A stretch of DNA of 64,000 bases from Eledone cirrhosa (Eukaryota), in NCBI GenBank assembly GCA_964016885.1, contig OZ024741.1, forward strand, positions 96,162,001 through 96,226,000. The letters are read 5' to 3'. A program made the translations under genes and the position numbers. The notes beneath the pieces were generated by a model that worked only from the letters and a program-made list of their open reading frames with translations, ran no database searches and was not told the DNA's origin. This document shows positions 24,990 through 41,751 of this stretch, in pieces; positions within the stretch are counted from its first letter, which is position 1; each line of letters starts with the position of its first letter.

Positions 24990-26053
24990 CATCAACTTCT
25001 CTCCCCATCTTGCTTTCCCTCTCTCCCTCTCTTGCTTTCCCTCCTTCGCTTGCTTTCTATCCTTCCCTTGCTCTCTCTCCCTCTCATGCTCTTTCTCCCA
25101 CTCATGCTCTCTCTCCCCCTCTTGCTCTCTCTCTCTCCCTCTCTTTCTTTCTCCCCTTCTCTTGCTCTCTATTCTTCTCTTGCTCTCTCTCTCTCTCCCT
25201 CCCATGCTCTCTCTCCCCATCTTGCTCTCTCTCTCTCCCTCTCTTGCTTTCTCTCCTTCTCTTGCTCCTCTATTCTTCCCTTGCGCTCTCTCTCCCTCTT
25301 ATGCTCTCTCTCGCGCTCATGCCCTCTCTCGCTTTCATGCTTTCTCTCCCTCTATTCCTCTCTCTCCTTCTCCTGCTGTCTCTCCTTCTCTTGCTTTCTT
25401 TCCTTCCCTTGTTCTCTCTCTCTCCCTCTCATGATCTCTCTCCTTCACTTACTCTCTCTCCTTCTCTTGCTCTCTATCTCCCTTTCTCTCCCCTCATTCT
25501 CCATTTCTCTATATATTCTCTCCCCCCCCTATCTTTCTTCCCTCACTCCGATCTTTCACTCACACTTCTTTATCTATGCCTCTTTCTCTCTCACTCACCC
25601 CTTCCTTCTCTGTGCCTCTTTCTCTGCATCTCCCTCTACCCCCTCTCTCTCTCTCTCACTCTTTCTCTGTAACTCTCTCGTTCCCCCATCTCTCACTCAC
25701 ACTTCTTTCTCTGCGCCCCTTTCTCTGCATCTCTCTCTTCCCCCTCTCTCTCTTCCCCTCTCTCTCACTCACCCCCCTTCTTTCTCTATGCCTCTTTCTA
25801 GGTATCTCTCTCCCGATCTGTCTTTCCCCCTCCTTCTATGCCCCATTCTCTCTATTCTTCTCTTCCCCCTCTCTCTGTTTCCATTATCTTTCATGTATTT
25901 CACCCTCGGAATGTTCAGACTTTCAACTTTCAATTATTCACCTTTTCTAATTCTAACAATTGTCTCTTCTCTTTATGTTTCCGTTCCTGTCGTTATCATT
26001 CTCACTCTATCCATCCATCCACTTCCGTCTCAGCCTGTCTCTTCTTTTCTTTC

Positions 26054-26122
<69 letters not shown>

Positions 26123-26125
26123 TCT
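24990..26125. repeat. CT-rich polypyrimidine low-complexity tract
   Basis: Degenerate ctcttgctctctctcc units ending in (CT)n. Confidence 0.85.
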
Positions 26126-26160
26126 CACAGACTCATTCTCTTTATATATATATATATGTA

Positions 26161-26469
<309 letters not shown>

Positions 26470-27303
26470 GAATGTATGTGTACTATATTTGGCAATATAC
26501 CGTATGGTAATTAAAAACATTTATATATATATATACACACACACACTCATCCCCACTCCCCACACACATGATTTCCAATATAATATAGTACTTGTTCTTG
26601 GTGTTGGTCGAGTCAGGATATATAGAAAATGTTTTTCAAATTTTTGTTTAAACTTAAATCTTACCATTTTTTTCCAGACACATCGACTAACAAACATGCT
26701 CATAGAATACTTGTTACACATTCATACACACACATCCTGAGAGGGTCGCACCTACACACACAACCACAAATAAGCATTCACAAATACCTAATACTTATAT
26801 ATGAGTTCATACACACATACTAATGTACAACTACATTATGCGTGTATATGAATTTATAACAAAATCATGTACACACAAAGTACCACACATTCACAAAAGC
26901 ACAGACTGACAAACAATCAAGCACATAAAGATGTTAAGGAAAACGATAAGTGGCTGAGAGTGGAACGGAGAGAGAAAGGGTGTATTGAAGAGAATAACAG
27001 AGAGATAGACTAAAGGAAGACAGAAGGAGAAAAATGAACAGGTTAGAAAAAAATATAAATATTCCATTTATTGATCAAACATTCTGAACTATTACCACTT
27101 CCGGTCCATTAAAACCTTCAGTGTTCCTGCATCTGATTTCTAGAATGTTCCCTGTATACACTAGGGGTGGCTAGGGCTAGATCCCTGCACCAAATTTCGT
27201 TTTGATTGATTGATAAATGACGATGTTGTCTCAAAGAATCAAACTTTCACTCTCATTATACAGTTATATTCGATCGAGAAAAGAAACTACAGGGCTGCGT
27301 ATT

Positions 27304-27403
<100 letters not shown>

Positions 27404-27523
27404 TATATAAGTTTATCCCGGGTTCAATCAGGGGGTAAGCACAGTACGGTACTCAATACATAGTAGAGTATAAATATTTAATATACAAATGGCTTCTACA
27501 GGACTATATATATATATATATAT

Positions 27524-29604
<2,081 letters not shown>

Positions 29605-29839
29605 CATTTCAGCGAGATCGGATTTCGGCTGTGGTAGAAAACAAAGCGAAATGTAATATCCGAGTTATGCTGGCAAGCGCTCCATGGACCAAATAAAGAG
29701 CAGAGCAATAAAGATAAGTTATAAAGGCTAAACAAACTGAGATGGCGGTCAAAAAGCCATTAACCACCTATGCCAACAAGACGAGGCAAGCCAAACAGGT
29801 CAAACAAAATAATTGAATATTTATATATATATATATAAA

Positions 29840-29872
<33 letters not shown>

Positions 29873-29879
29873 GTGTGTG

Positions 29880-29945
<66 letters not shown>

Positions 29946-30039
29946 TCTTATGTTAACTATTTTCCCATTTCGACGCTATAGTCACATATATGTTATGGAA
30001 TACTGTTAGCTTCTCGCTACAACAATTTCTATACTTTTC

Positions 30040-30074
<35 letters not shown>

Positions 30075-30097
<23 letters not shown>

Positions 30098-30557
30098 TTC
30101 TTTATTGATAGTATTGTAGGTATTATTATTAGTTAATTGAAATTTATTGGTAATACTATTAGTTAAAAGTTGGTTATACAAAGTAGTATTAACTTCAAAG
30201 AGATTTTTAGTTTTATCAGAAAGAACAAAAGTGTTTGTAGAATTTCTAAAGTCAGAAATATCGTTAGATAGTTTAGTTTGAAAGTTATTATTGTACCTAC
30301 GAAATTTGATATCACTAATTAGATTAACAAGGTCTAATTCGAAGTTGGCCATGTCTTAAATTCTAGGTGGATATTTACGGGATTTGATGTCAAAACAATC
30401 TTTAGTATCAGCACTGAATAGTCCATCGTAAACCATTGCCTTCCATCTCATTCTTTTAACGACTTGTTCGATTTTATCTATGAGGAATTTTGTTATAAGT
30501 TGTGTTGGAAGGAGTGGGTATATTTTTGATTGAATAATCCAATTCATAAAGATCCAT
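30075..30557 (-). pseudogene. PLE ORF N-terminus
   Basis: ATG at 30557: MDLYELDYSIKNIP...KRMRWKA...FELDL.NLISDIKFR...SDKTKNLFE. Confidence 0.8.
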
Positions 30558-30773
30558 GGTGTATGTTGGTTAAATTCCTGAAAACTGTAGAGTGCTCAAC
30601 TAATCGGGCTAGAAAGTGCCAATCGTATATGTAATATAGAATATGCTTCAATCAATCCCAGTTGGAGCTGTATAAATGAAGTAATTCCGTCGGAAAAGTC
30701 CAGGAAAAAAGAGTGCTCTATGTAGGTAACGGAGCTTAATAGTTATGTAATAAACAACATAAGGCAATTATTC

Positions 30774-30826
30774 CATTTACCAGTGGTTTCTTAAAAGCAA
30801 AAATTTTGCTTTCAATCCTCAGAATG
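30774..30826 (-). ncRNA. Type I hammerhead ribozyme (GUA triplet), 220 nt upstream of the PLE ATG
   Basis: Minus: CATT CTGAGGA ttgaaagcaaaatttttgcttttaa GAA ACCACTGGT A AATG. Confidence 0.85.
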
Positions 30827-30982
30827 AAAAAAATCCTGGTGTTTATTGAATTTGGATTTTAAAAACAAAAATGCAATCTATATGAAAGTGAGGCTGGAGA
30901 AGGAAGAAGGAAAATAAAAATAAAATAAAACTACACATGCAAACACACATACAAAAGCACGCACACTCACACACGAAAGCAT

Positions 30983-31035
<53 letters not shown>

Positions 31036-31810
31036 CATATATATACATATATATATACACATACATACACTCATACATACACATACACATATATATACAC
31101 ACATATTTGTGTATATAAATACACACATACACATACATATACACATATATACATACGCACATAAATATCAACACATCCATACATACACATACATATATAC
31201 AACCTCACACACATATATACACACATATACACATGCATGCATATAGAAACATAAATATAAATACATATACATACACACATATACATACATATATATATAT
31301 ACATATACATATATATATATGTGTACAACCATACACATACACAAACATAGCCATACACACATACATATACATACATACATGCACACAATCATACATATAT
31401 ACACACGTACATACATACACATACATAAATGCATTCTTCTACATATTCACACACGCAAATAAATATAAGAAAAAATATACATATATATATATAAAAAAAT
31501 TTTGACAGCGATACAAACGGCGGATAACTGGACAGACACGCGTGGTAAGTAATACACACAAATGCACTTATACATACGTACGAAATAGTAAATACATACG
31601 CACACTCACACATAAATATACATATACAAATACATATACACACATATATGTATATGTAATTATATACACATATATATATATATATACATAAATATAAAAA
31701 TACACACACACACATATATGTATACATACACACACACATATACATACATAGCTATACAATTATACACATACAAATACGTACATATCATAAACACGCACAA
31801 CCAAATACAA

Positions 31811-31845
<35 letters not shown>

Positions 31846-31979
31846 CATACATACACATACATACACATATACATGTGTGTGTGTGTAAAACTCAGTCTTA
31901 GATAATTCATAAGAACCTTACATATACATATATATAGTAGTAAAGTAATAAAGTAATAAGCAACACAAAGCAATTATTC

Positions 31980-32033
31980 CATTCACCAGTGGTTTCTTAA
32001 ATGCAAAAAATTTTTCCTTTAATTTTCAGAATG
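31980..32033 (-). ncRNA. Hammerhead paralogue with G17 and an altered core
   Basis: Minus: CATT CTGAAAA ... GAA ACCACTGGT G AATG. Confidence 0.6.
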
Positions 32034-32100
32034 AAAAAATCCTGGTCTATCTACATATACATACATATACACACACAAATATATATATATATGTATATAT

Positions 32101-32177
<77 letters not shown>

Positions 32178-32293
32178 AATATACATACACATACACATAG
32201 GTATGTGAAGGGTAAGGCAAAAAGAATATATGGGGGGGGGGGGGGGCATAGGAAAAGGTGAAATATAAGGGGAGGTAAGGAAGAAAAAAAAAT

Positions 32294-33850
32294 AACCGGG
32301 CTAAATCCGAGGTTGGCCTTGCAAGTAAGAAAATCTTAAGAAAAATAATTCTCCAAATTAGAACTAACACTGACTTATCACAGTGGCTAAATACTTCCTC
32401 TGTTATTTCTTGGTTTAATAATATACAAGGTAAAAATAAGTGTAGATTTACCCAATTTGATATTGTCGATTTTTACCCATCTATTACTGTTTCCTTATTA
32501 ACTAATGCATTAGATTTTGCAAGACCCTTCCTTAATATTTCTAAATTAAAAGAAGACATTATCTTTCATGCTAGAAAAACTTTACTCTTTACTAATGATA
32601 ATATTTGGGTTAAAAAGTCAAACCCTGAAAACTCTTTTGATGTTGCAATGGGTTCATATGACAGTGCGGATGTGTGTGACTTAGTAGGATTATTCCTTCT
32701 CCACACCCTCAAAGAGAAATTTCCGTCCCATAATATCGGTTTATACCGTGATGACGGATTAGCAGTTTCTCATACCACCAACCGCCATAACCTTGATAAA
32801 TTCCGTAAAGATTTAATCAATACTTTTGCTAATCTTAACCTTAAAATCACTATAGATACGAACCTTACTAATGCTAACTTTCTTGATATTAATCTTGATC
32901 TACTTACCGCCTCTTTTAAACCCTATCATAAACCTAATGAAAATCTTAGGTATATACACAAAGAGTCTTGCCATCCCCTATAGTTTTTAATAATCTTATC
33001 CCTAACATTAGCCGTAGGATTTCTACCTTATCTTCGTCTATAGACATTTTTAATAAAGCCGCCCCTTATTATAATAAAGCCCTTAAGAACAGCGGTTCTA
33101 CAGAAAAAAAGTCTTATTCACCTACCCCCCCCCCAAAAAAAAAAAAAACTAACCACAATAACAAGAAAAGCAAGATTATTTGGTTCACCCCCCCTTCTCT
33201 CTAACTGTCAAAACTAATGTAGGAAGGAAATTCCTTGAACTCTTAGACAAACATTTTCCTACTAATCATAGATATTATAAGATATTTAATAGGAACGTAG
33301 TTAAGATCAGCTACTCTTGTTGCCCATCTATGAAGTCCAAAATCACCAGTTCAAACCATACGAGAACAAATCCAGGATGCAGTTGCAGGAAGCCGGAGGA
33401 ATGCCCATTGCAGGGTAAATGTAACACCAAATCTGTTGTTTATGAGGCTAAGATAACACCGGTAATCAACAACCAGCCAGCCAGCCAGGAGTGAGCGATA
33501 TGTCGGTATGACCCAGGACAGGTTTAAAACCAGATTTTACTCACATGTCGCTTCTTTTAAGCACTCCGATAAACGAACATCAACGGCCCTCGCAAGTAAG
33601 GTGTGGGTACTCAAGGATAGTAACATCCCGTACTCTATTGATTGGTCTATGTTAGACCATTCGAGAGAGTACCAAAGGGGCACAAAGAATTGTTCTTTGT
33701 GTACCAAAGAAAAGTATAGGATTTTGCTAAACTTGAGAGCCACTTCCGCTTGCCTTAACTAAAAGACTGAGATCTTCAGATGCTGTCCTCATCTGAAATC
33801 GCATCTGATCTGTAACTGGATTGACACTCCTATGATAAATCAACCGCCTT
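32294..33850 (+). pseudogene. PLE RT and GIY-YIG endonuclease, frameshifted
   Basis: QFDIVDFYPSI, FDVAMGSYDSADVCDLVG, LYRDDGL, FLDI, KPYHKPN, IIWFTPP, CSCR..ECPLQGKC, VVYEA, YVGMT..RFKTRFYSH, CSLC. Confidence 0.9.
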
Positions 33851-34039
33851 GAACTCCTTTCCTGATCTTTACTTCTACTACGGTTTTTATTTTGCTAAAT
33901 CTACGTTCTGTACTCTTGTATATATATTTTTTTTTCTCCCTTACCTCGCCTTATATTTTACCTTTTCCTATGTCCCCCCCCCCCCATATATTCTTTTTGC
34001 CTTGCCCTTCACATACCTATGTGTATGTGTATGTATATT

Positions 34040-34124
<85 letters not shown>

Positions 34125-34191
34125 ATAAATATATATATATATATATTTGTATGTGTATATGTATGTATATGTAGATAGACCAGGTTTATTT

Positions 34192-34245
34192 CATTCTGAA
34201 GATTGAAGGAAAAATATTTTGCTTTTAAGAAACCATTGGTGAATA
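34192..34245 (+). ncRNA. Hammerhead paralogue with G17 (GUG triplet)
   Basis: CATT CTGAAGA ttgaaggaaaaatattttgcttttaa GAA ACCATTGGT G AATA. Confidence 0.65.
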
Positions 34246-35229
34246 GAATAATTGCCTGATGTTGCTTATTACTTTATTACTTTACTACTATATATATGTA
34301 TATGTAAGGTTCTTATGAATTATCTAAGACTGAGTTTTACACACACACACATGTATATGTGTATGTATGTGTATGTATGTATATATATATATATATGTAT
34401 GTGTGTGTTTGTATTTGGTTGTGCGTGTTTATGATATGTACGTATTTGTATGTGTATAATTGTATAGCTATGTATGTATATGTGTGTGTGTATGTATACA
34501 TATGTGTGTGTGTGTGTGTATTATTTATATTTATGTATATATATATATGTATGTGTATATAATTACATATACATATGTGTGTGTATATGTGTGTGTATAA
34601 TTGTATACTTGTGCGTGTTTGTGCATGTTGTTGTGTATGTGTATGTATGTGTTTATGTATTTGTATATGTATATTTATGTGTGAGTGTGTGTATGTATTT
34701 ACTATTTCGTACGTATGTATACGTGCATTTGTGTTTATTACTTACCACGCGTGTCTGTCCAGTTACTCGCCGTTTGTATCGCTGTCAAAATGTTTTTATA
34801 TATATATATATATTTTTTTTTCTTATATTTATTTGCGTGTGTGAATATGTAGAGGAGTGCATTTATGTATGTGTATGTATGTACGTGTGTATATATGTAT
34901 GAATGTGTGCATGTATGTATATGTATGTGTGTATGGCTATATTTGTGTATGTGTATGCTAGTACACATATATATATATATATATGTATATGTATATATAT
35001 ATATGTATGTATATGTGTGTATGTATATGTATTTATATTTATGTTTCTATGTGCATGTATGTGTGTATGTGTGTATATATGTGTGTGTGGTTGTATATAT
35101 GTATGTGTATGTATGGATGTGTTGATATTTATGTGCGTATGTATATATATGTATATGTATGTGTATGTGTGTATTTATATACACAAATATGTGTGTATAT
35201 ATGTGTGTGTGTGTATGTATGAGTGTATG

Positions 35230-35292
<63 letters not shown>

Positions 35293-35449
35293 ATGCTTTT
35301 GTGTGTGAGTGTGCGTGTTATTGTGTGTGTGTTTGCATGTGTAGTTTTATTTTATTTTTCCTTTCCTTCTTCCTTCTCCAGCCTCACTTTCATATAGATT
35401 GCATTTTTGTTTTTAAAATCCAAATTCAATAAACCGACCAGGATTTTTT

Positions 35450-35503
35450 CAGTCTGAGGATTGAAAGCAAAATCTTTTGCTTTTAAGAAACCACTGGTAA
35501 ATG
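35450..35503 (+). ncRNA. Type I hammerhead ribozyme (GUA triplet)
   Basis: CAGT CTGAGGA ttgaaagcaaaatcttttgcttttaa GAA ACCACTGGT A AATG. Confidence 0.8.
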
Positions 35504-35857
35504 GAATAATTGCCTTATGTTGTTTATTACATAACTATTAAGCTCTGTTACCTACATAGAGCACTCTTTTCCCCCTGACTTTTCCGACGGAATTACTTCA
35601 TTTATATATATATATATATATTTGACGTATACGAAATAATATAGAATATGTTTTTGTTTAATAAACATTGAAATTTTGTTACGATTGTTTTAATCTGTGA
35701 AAATGTATGTAAGCTGTAGCTTATTCAAATTTCACTACTTAGCGGGATAACATCACTTATGTCGGATAAAATCCTGAATTACAAGTTTCTGGCATTCTCA
35801 CACGGATACTGAAATAGTTGTAACATGATCATAGTTATGACACATTTGTATTTATTA

Positions 35858-36042
35858 GGGGCGGTGGATTGGCAGTATCTGTAGACTCCATGCTTTGACG
35901 CATAGAATTACGGTCCTTGCCATTCTGAGTTCAAATCCCGCCGAGGTTTACTTTGCCTTTCATCTTTGCGGGGTCGATACAATAAAGTACCAGTAATGCA
36001 CTGTGTAATTGCTGGCCTTGTACCAAAAGTAGAAACAATTAT
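35858..36042 (+). mobile_element. SINE family A, near full length
   Basis: ggggcggtggattggcag A-box region, gagttcaaatccc B-box and family tail. Confidence 0.8.
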
Positions 36043-36264
36043 ATGTAAGCATATCATGGTATATTAGTGCTACTGCTATTTACATATATATGTTCTCACA
36101 CTAAGCCGTTTGTCCACTGTTTAACGAATAGTGTACAGTCTGAATTACGGACTCGTACTTCCAACATGCAATTATTCTAACCCATGTAGTGAGTGGATAG
36201 CGGTTGGGATATACGCAATCTCAACGTATATTTTACATTTAATTATTATTATTATTATTATTAT

Positions 36265-36390
36265 TTCAAATCCCGTCGAGGTTAACTTTGCCTTTCATCC
36301 TTACGGGGTCCCATAAAATAAAGTACCAGTAATGCACTGGGTAATTGCTGGCCTTGTGCCAAAAGTAGAAACAATTATTATTATTATTAT
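36265..36390 (+). mobile_element. SINE family A, 3' part
   Basis: ttcaaatcccgtcgaggttaactttgcc...gtagaaacaattattatt. Confidence 0.8.
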
Positions 36391-36523
36391 TATATAAATA
36401 TATATATATAAGGAAAAGAAATCGAATATCCAACTTGAGTCTTTTTAATAATATTTATTTATTTCCTTTACCGGTTTCACAGTTCTTATGCTTTTCAAAA
36501 GTAGAATTGATATGGAGGGTTTA

Positions 36524-36608
<85 letters not shown>

Positions 36609-38310
36609 TATATATATGTGTTTGTGTGTGTGTGTGTGTATGTGCGTGCGTGCATGTGTGTATATATGTTGAGTAAATTTTCATATTTTTAATTGGATAA
36701 GAGGGGAATTGTCAATTAGGTAAGAATATACGCAAAATTGAAAATACATTTTTCTATAGAGGTAGTCAATTCGAAATACGAAAAGGAAACCTTCTTTCAA
36801 TATTAACTGCTCTCAATATTTCTGTCAACCTGGCAGCCATTTTTAGAATGGTCTCATAAATAGGTGAACCTGAACATGAAGAGCGACAACCAAGGAGTGC
36901 CTTCATCTTTTTATGGGAGAATTGCTACATAAAGGTCAATGTTTCAGAGGTTCCTAACATTTTGGAGGATGTCACCTTCATAAGAGCTTAATGCCAACTA
37001 GAAGAATATCAGGACTGTGTGAAAGATGTGTGCAAATCTGCTCATGCATTTGAAACTATCTCATATATATATCACCAGTATTTCCAAAATGTTCCAATGT
37101 GTACTAGGATAAACCATATCCGACCAAGTTCATATCTAGAAAGTGTACTTTTTAAGTCAGCGTTATAGTTCGGGATTTTGACTGGTCGGGTACACGAATA
37201 CCAACCTTGTGATGTTTACAGGATTTAAATACAGCGACCCGATTGATAGATGCCAAACTTCTTCCTGACACGAATACATTTGATAGGGTATAGCCAAGAG
37301 GTATGGATACAACACATTATATTTGGGAAAAGTTAGTTCACAAATAAGAATAGCCAATTCAATAAACGTACCGGAATCGACGGGGCAATGCATTTGGTGG
37401 TACGTCAACCATAGCATTCTATTGAGAGCTCTGTTGGGGAAAGCGCGATTTTCTCAAGCAAGCAGGCTCTAACTGTCAAAGTAGATCGACTGGAGATCTA
37501 CAGTGTGACTGTCTCAATTTGTCAGTATATTGCTCAGTCTCTCAATGTATCTGCCACAGTCTTTTGATGTGAGAGTTTCAGTCTTTCACTAGGCTAGGTC
37601 TTTGAGCCGTATCTTTCTCGTTCTTTCAGTATGAAGGTTTCAGAATTTCAGTATGACTCAGTATTTTAGTATATCTGTTTCAATCTTTCAGTGCGTGCAT
37701 GTCTCACTCTCTCACTGTATATATTTATCTCTCTCTTTCTCCAATTTACTCTCTTTTTCTATCTATGTCTATTTCTCTCCCTATTTTTCTCCAGTATTTG
37801 ATGCCTTTCCTTTGCACTATTCCAAAATTATTTCTTCTCTCAAGCAATCTTCCTTCATTCCACAACCCACCATTACCCCCACTACCATTAGCACCATCAC
37901 TATCACCACAAATACCGCCTCCCTGTAATCACCACCACTACCATCACCACCACCAGCTACACACCTATCACTTTAATACCATGGCGATGCATACAAATTA
38001 GAAGTATACCGACAGAATGAATCTGACTATTGATATATGTGTGTAAGCGCTCTCACACGCGCGCGAGTGTGAGTATGAAAATACAAACGTTTGAACACTA
38101 TAAATACAAAGTGTTTATATAAATGCTATAGTTATGCATGTATGTATACCACCATAGTTGATAAAGCATATTGTTATACATGTGTGTAGAACATATATAT
38201 ATATACTTGATTTCTATTTCTGTATTTGTTGCTTCACAGTTAATAAAACCTCTTCTCTCTCACCTTTGAGAAAATTTATATCATCATTCTTCTTTCTTCT
38301 TATTGCTATT

Positions 38311-38470
38311 AGTGGCTGTTGGGTTGGTAGTATCGGTAGAGCATCAAACAAAATAATTTACGGTATTTAGATACGACGTTATACGTTCTGAGTTCATATC
38401 TCACCGAGGACAACTTTGTCCTTCTTTCCAGTCGATAAAGTAACATACCTTCAGGAGTCGATAAAGTAAT
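38311..38470 (+). mobile_element. SINE family A, diverged
   Basis: acgttctgagttcatatctcaccgaggacaactttgtcc; a further relic lies at 38545-38650. Confidence 0.6.
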
Positions 38471-38731
38471 GAGGTAGACATAGCCGGCTTTCTCCTTGCC
38501 CCTCAATATGCTGGATCTGTGTATATGTTAGGAGAAAATCAGTGGGAGTTCGATTGGTAAAATTGTTAAAGTGTCAGACGAAATGAAGTGTGGTATTTGT
38601 TACGGATTTTTAATCTCCGGGTTCAAATCTTCTCCAGGTCAACTTTGCCTCCCGGAGAGGCTAAATTAAAATATTAGTCCAATATTAGGGCCAAATTAAT
38701 TGAGTTGCTGCTGCTGCTGCTGTAGTAGTAG

Positions 38732-38769
<38 letters not shown>

Positions 38770-38829
38770 CTTCTTCTTCTTCTTCTTCTTCTTCTTCTTC
38801 TTCTTCTTCTTCTTCTTCTTCTTCTTCTT

Positions 38830-39458
38830 GAAAGGGGCGTCGGGGCAGAGTCCCCAAAGACTCCTGCCAGAAGCAAACATTTCTAACTGATCCGGCTGGA
38901 TGCCCAAGCGTAACCAGTCAAGTGCATGGATGTTATCCAACTATCTTTCTCAGCGTCTACTCTTGGGTCTCCTCCTGACTGGTTTTGCCAGTAAAATCTT
39001 CCCAGCGAGTCTTTCCTGAGACATTCTAACCACATGCCTATAGTATCGGAGCTGTGATCACTCAATTCGGAAAAGTAGTGATTCTCCCTGGAGTGACTCT
39101 CTGATCTCCCAGCTACGAACTTTATTGTATAACAATACTCCAAAGATCCTTCGGAGGAACTTCATTTTGGCCGCTTCTTTTCGCGATCGTATTCTTTCGG
39201 TCATTACCCAAGATCCATGACCATAGGTAAAGGTTGGTACGAATACCGAATTGAAGATAGCGAATTTGGCTTTTACACCTACCTCCCTTCTTCTGATTAC
39301 TGAATGCTGAAGCTGGTGCATTACTGCAACAGCTACTGCATTCTTGCACTTAATTCAGCCTCCTGCCTTCCATCACTCGGGAGATACTTGAACTTCTCCA
39401 CCTGCTTCAGGGGAACTCCATTCACATGTATAGTGCACTGATCAGGCTTCCCTGAAAG
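38830..39458 (-). mobile_element. 5'-truncated RTE LINE fragment with an (AAG)n(AAC)n tail
   Basis: VEKFKYL, KAKFAIFNSVFVPTFTYGHGSW, MKFLRRIFG, LLFRIE. Confidence 0.8.
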
Positions 39459-39650
39459 GCAGGTAATATAATTAATGCATGGCTGATTTGAAATCTAGTT
39501 CGAAATCCAAATCGTATTAACGGGAGGTAACTTCGAATTCGGGGCAGGTTGAAATATTCACAACGGAGTTACATTACACTGCATATAACCAAGTTGTTGC
39601 ACTATAGGATTGAACCTGGAATGATGTGGTTACCAAAATAACTTTTCCCC

Positions 39651-39745
<95 letters not shown>

Positions 39746-40925
39746 TTTCAAACCTCTTGCATCTAATTTATACTAGGAGGTATATACACGCAATTTTCAC
39801 ATTCTTACAAACATACACAGGTGTATACGCAATTATGAGTGTTCACACACTTACATGTTCATATACGTACACTCTCTTTACATTCTCTCTTTCACACATA
39901 CATACATCCCACAAAGGAAAGACAGACAGGCAATCATTGATAGAGTAAGAGAAAGTTATAGTTAAAGCGACAGACAGAGGGGCAGAAGGAGAGAAATGTG
40001 GAGGAGGAAAGGAAGTATGAAAACGAGAGTGAGAGAAAGGGGAGTGAGAGATTAAAGAAAGTGTGTGACAGAGTGCAAGATATATCACTGGAAGATTATT
40101 TGGTCAGAATACATAGATTGGTGAATCAGACACGGTGGCACCATCACAGAGCTGCAAGCAATAACATTGAACAGAAGCCACACCTTTATTGGAATGTTGT
40201 ATTGACGGAGGAAAGGGGCTGGATACTGTTTGTATGAGAATGGGTGTGTTGATGAATGTAGTGGGGGAAGGAAGGTCGTAGTTAGCAAGAGGAAAGAGAT
40301 AGATATGACAGAATGATAGAAAACTTTGAAATACGGTGAAAAGGAGAATGGAAGACCATTCTCCCTTTCACCTACTCCCTTAAACGCACAGACACACATA
40401 TATATATAGATAGAATGATAGAATGGTAGATAGGACGATAGATAGATAAGGAAAATGTGTGAGAGAAGTAGAGAGATAAAGCAGATAATATAACAGAGAC
40501 CAATGGACATATTATGATGATATATAAGGGACAAATACAGATATATATAATTAAAAAATCAAGTTAGATAAATACGTAGATAGAGGTGCACAGGCAGGAG
40601 TAGAGAGTAAAAAAAATGGAAGAGTGATAGAAAGACATAATTCAGATAATGTAATACATACACATAAAAGGTAATGAACATATTAGCATAAATAAATAAT
40701 AGATAGAGATAATTAGGTGCATATGTACATATATTGCTTAAGGAAGAAAGAGGCCTAACACCCAGGTTACTAGAAATGGTCTGTGTTGGCAAAAACAACA
40801 ACAATAACAACAAAATGAGCTAACTGGATTTGAAAAATATGTGTTCTGGTATTGGATGCACGGTCTTCCATAGAAAAATGGAAAGATCTATAGATTGATA
40901 GTGATATGCAGAAATCGGGAGAGTG

Positions 40926-40992
<67 letters not shown>

Positions 40993-41089
40993 CGACAGGG
41001 ATGCCCTCTTTCCCCCTTTCTGACACACAAAAACAAGATGGCGTAGGACGGAACAAAGGAGAGGCACAAAACAAAGAAAATAATCCCCA

Positions 41090-41132
41090 GTCACTGAAGA
41101 GGTCACAGAATGTGTGACGAAAGAACTTTGAC
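41090..41132 (+). ncRNA. Minimal type I hammerhead within a short repeat (41005-41285)
   Basis: GTCA CTGAAGA g gtcaca-gaatg-tgtgac GAA AG-aa-CT T TGAC. Confidence 0.75.
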
Positions 41133-41299
41133 AATATATGAACAATCGTCCGGTTGTTGGAACCAACCAACCAACCGGAAATTTATAAATTCTTAAATTT
41201 ATAAATTTAATTTATAATAAATTGGAGTGAAAGCCAATGGTGCGTGTGTTTCTTATTGGCAACATGACCCTCCCAAAATATAACAATATATATATATAA

Positions 41300-41528
41300 A
41301 TTTATTAAAATAACACATTAAAGTTGAAGCAAAGGATCGCTACTGTCACCCTTAACGGGATCTTTCAGAAGATCCCGTTAAGGGTGAAAGCAGCGGTTCT
41401 TTGCTTAAACTTTAATCTGTTATTTTAATAAATTTTAATAAATATTTGCTCTAGGGTTCTTATATATTTGATATATATTTATCCTTATCGAGCCCTCTTT
41501 GGATTTTAGTCTTCACATTTATTATTAT

Positions 41529-41530
<2 letters not shown>
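41300..41530. mobile_element. Palindromic insertion of the CAGAAGA hammerhead family
   Basis: Inverted arms centred on tttcagaa (~41365); the right part matches 4696-4852. Confidence 0.75.
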
Positions 41531-41570
<40 letters not shown>

Positions 41571-41647
41571 CAAAGGAATTTTGGTAAGGGACCAAATGGA
41601 CCATAACGCACCAGAGTACTCAATAGTAGAGTGGGAAATAGGAAAAA

Positions 41648-41751
41648 GTATGAACCCGATGGCAGAGCTCAAGCCGTTTCGACGGCTATTTCAAGACTAA
41701 ATTAGAATTTTTAACCTGGGGAATAAATAGCCGAACTTTTCAAGGGGGTAC
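41648..41751 (-). ncRNA. Hammerhead, U3-A8 variant, long stem II
   Basis: Minus: ccccc TTGAAAA gtt cggctattt...aaatagccg tc GAA ACGGC ttgagctct GCCAT C gggtt. Confidence 0.65.

Larger units (their letters stand above)
30075..35605. mobile_element. Penelope-like element (YRDDGL type, tentatively Nematis-like) with ~1.6-kb inverted pLTR arms
   Basis: Arms ~30676-32290(-) and ~33930-35603(+); N-terminal ORF part on minus, RT and GIY-YIG on plus. Confidence 0.9.

Noticed and set aside
30843-35432. Numerous YI/CV/HT-rich ORFs here and across the window
   Set aside because: Translations of (TA)n and (CA)n microsatellites
36870-37050. Possible ancient RTE 3' relic (LFMGEL, YQDCVKD)
   Set aside because: Too short and degraded to support as a feature
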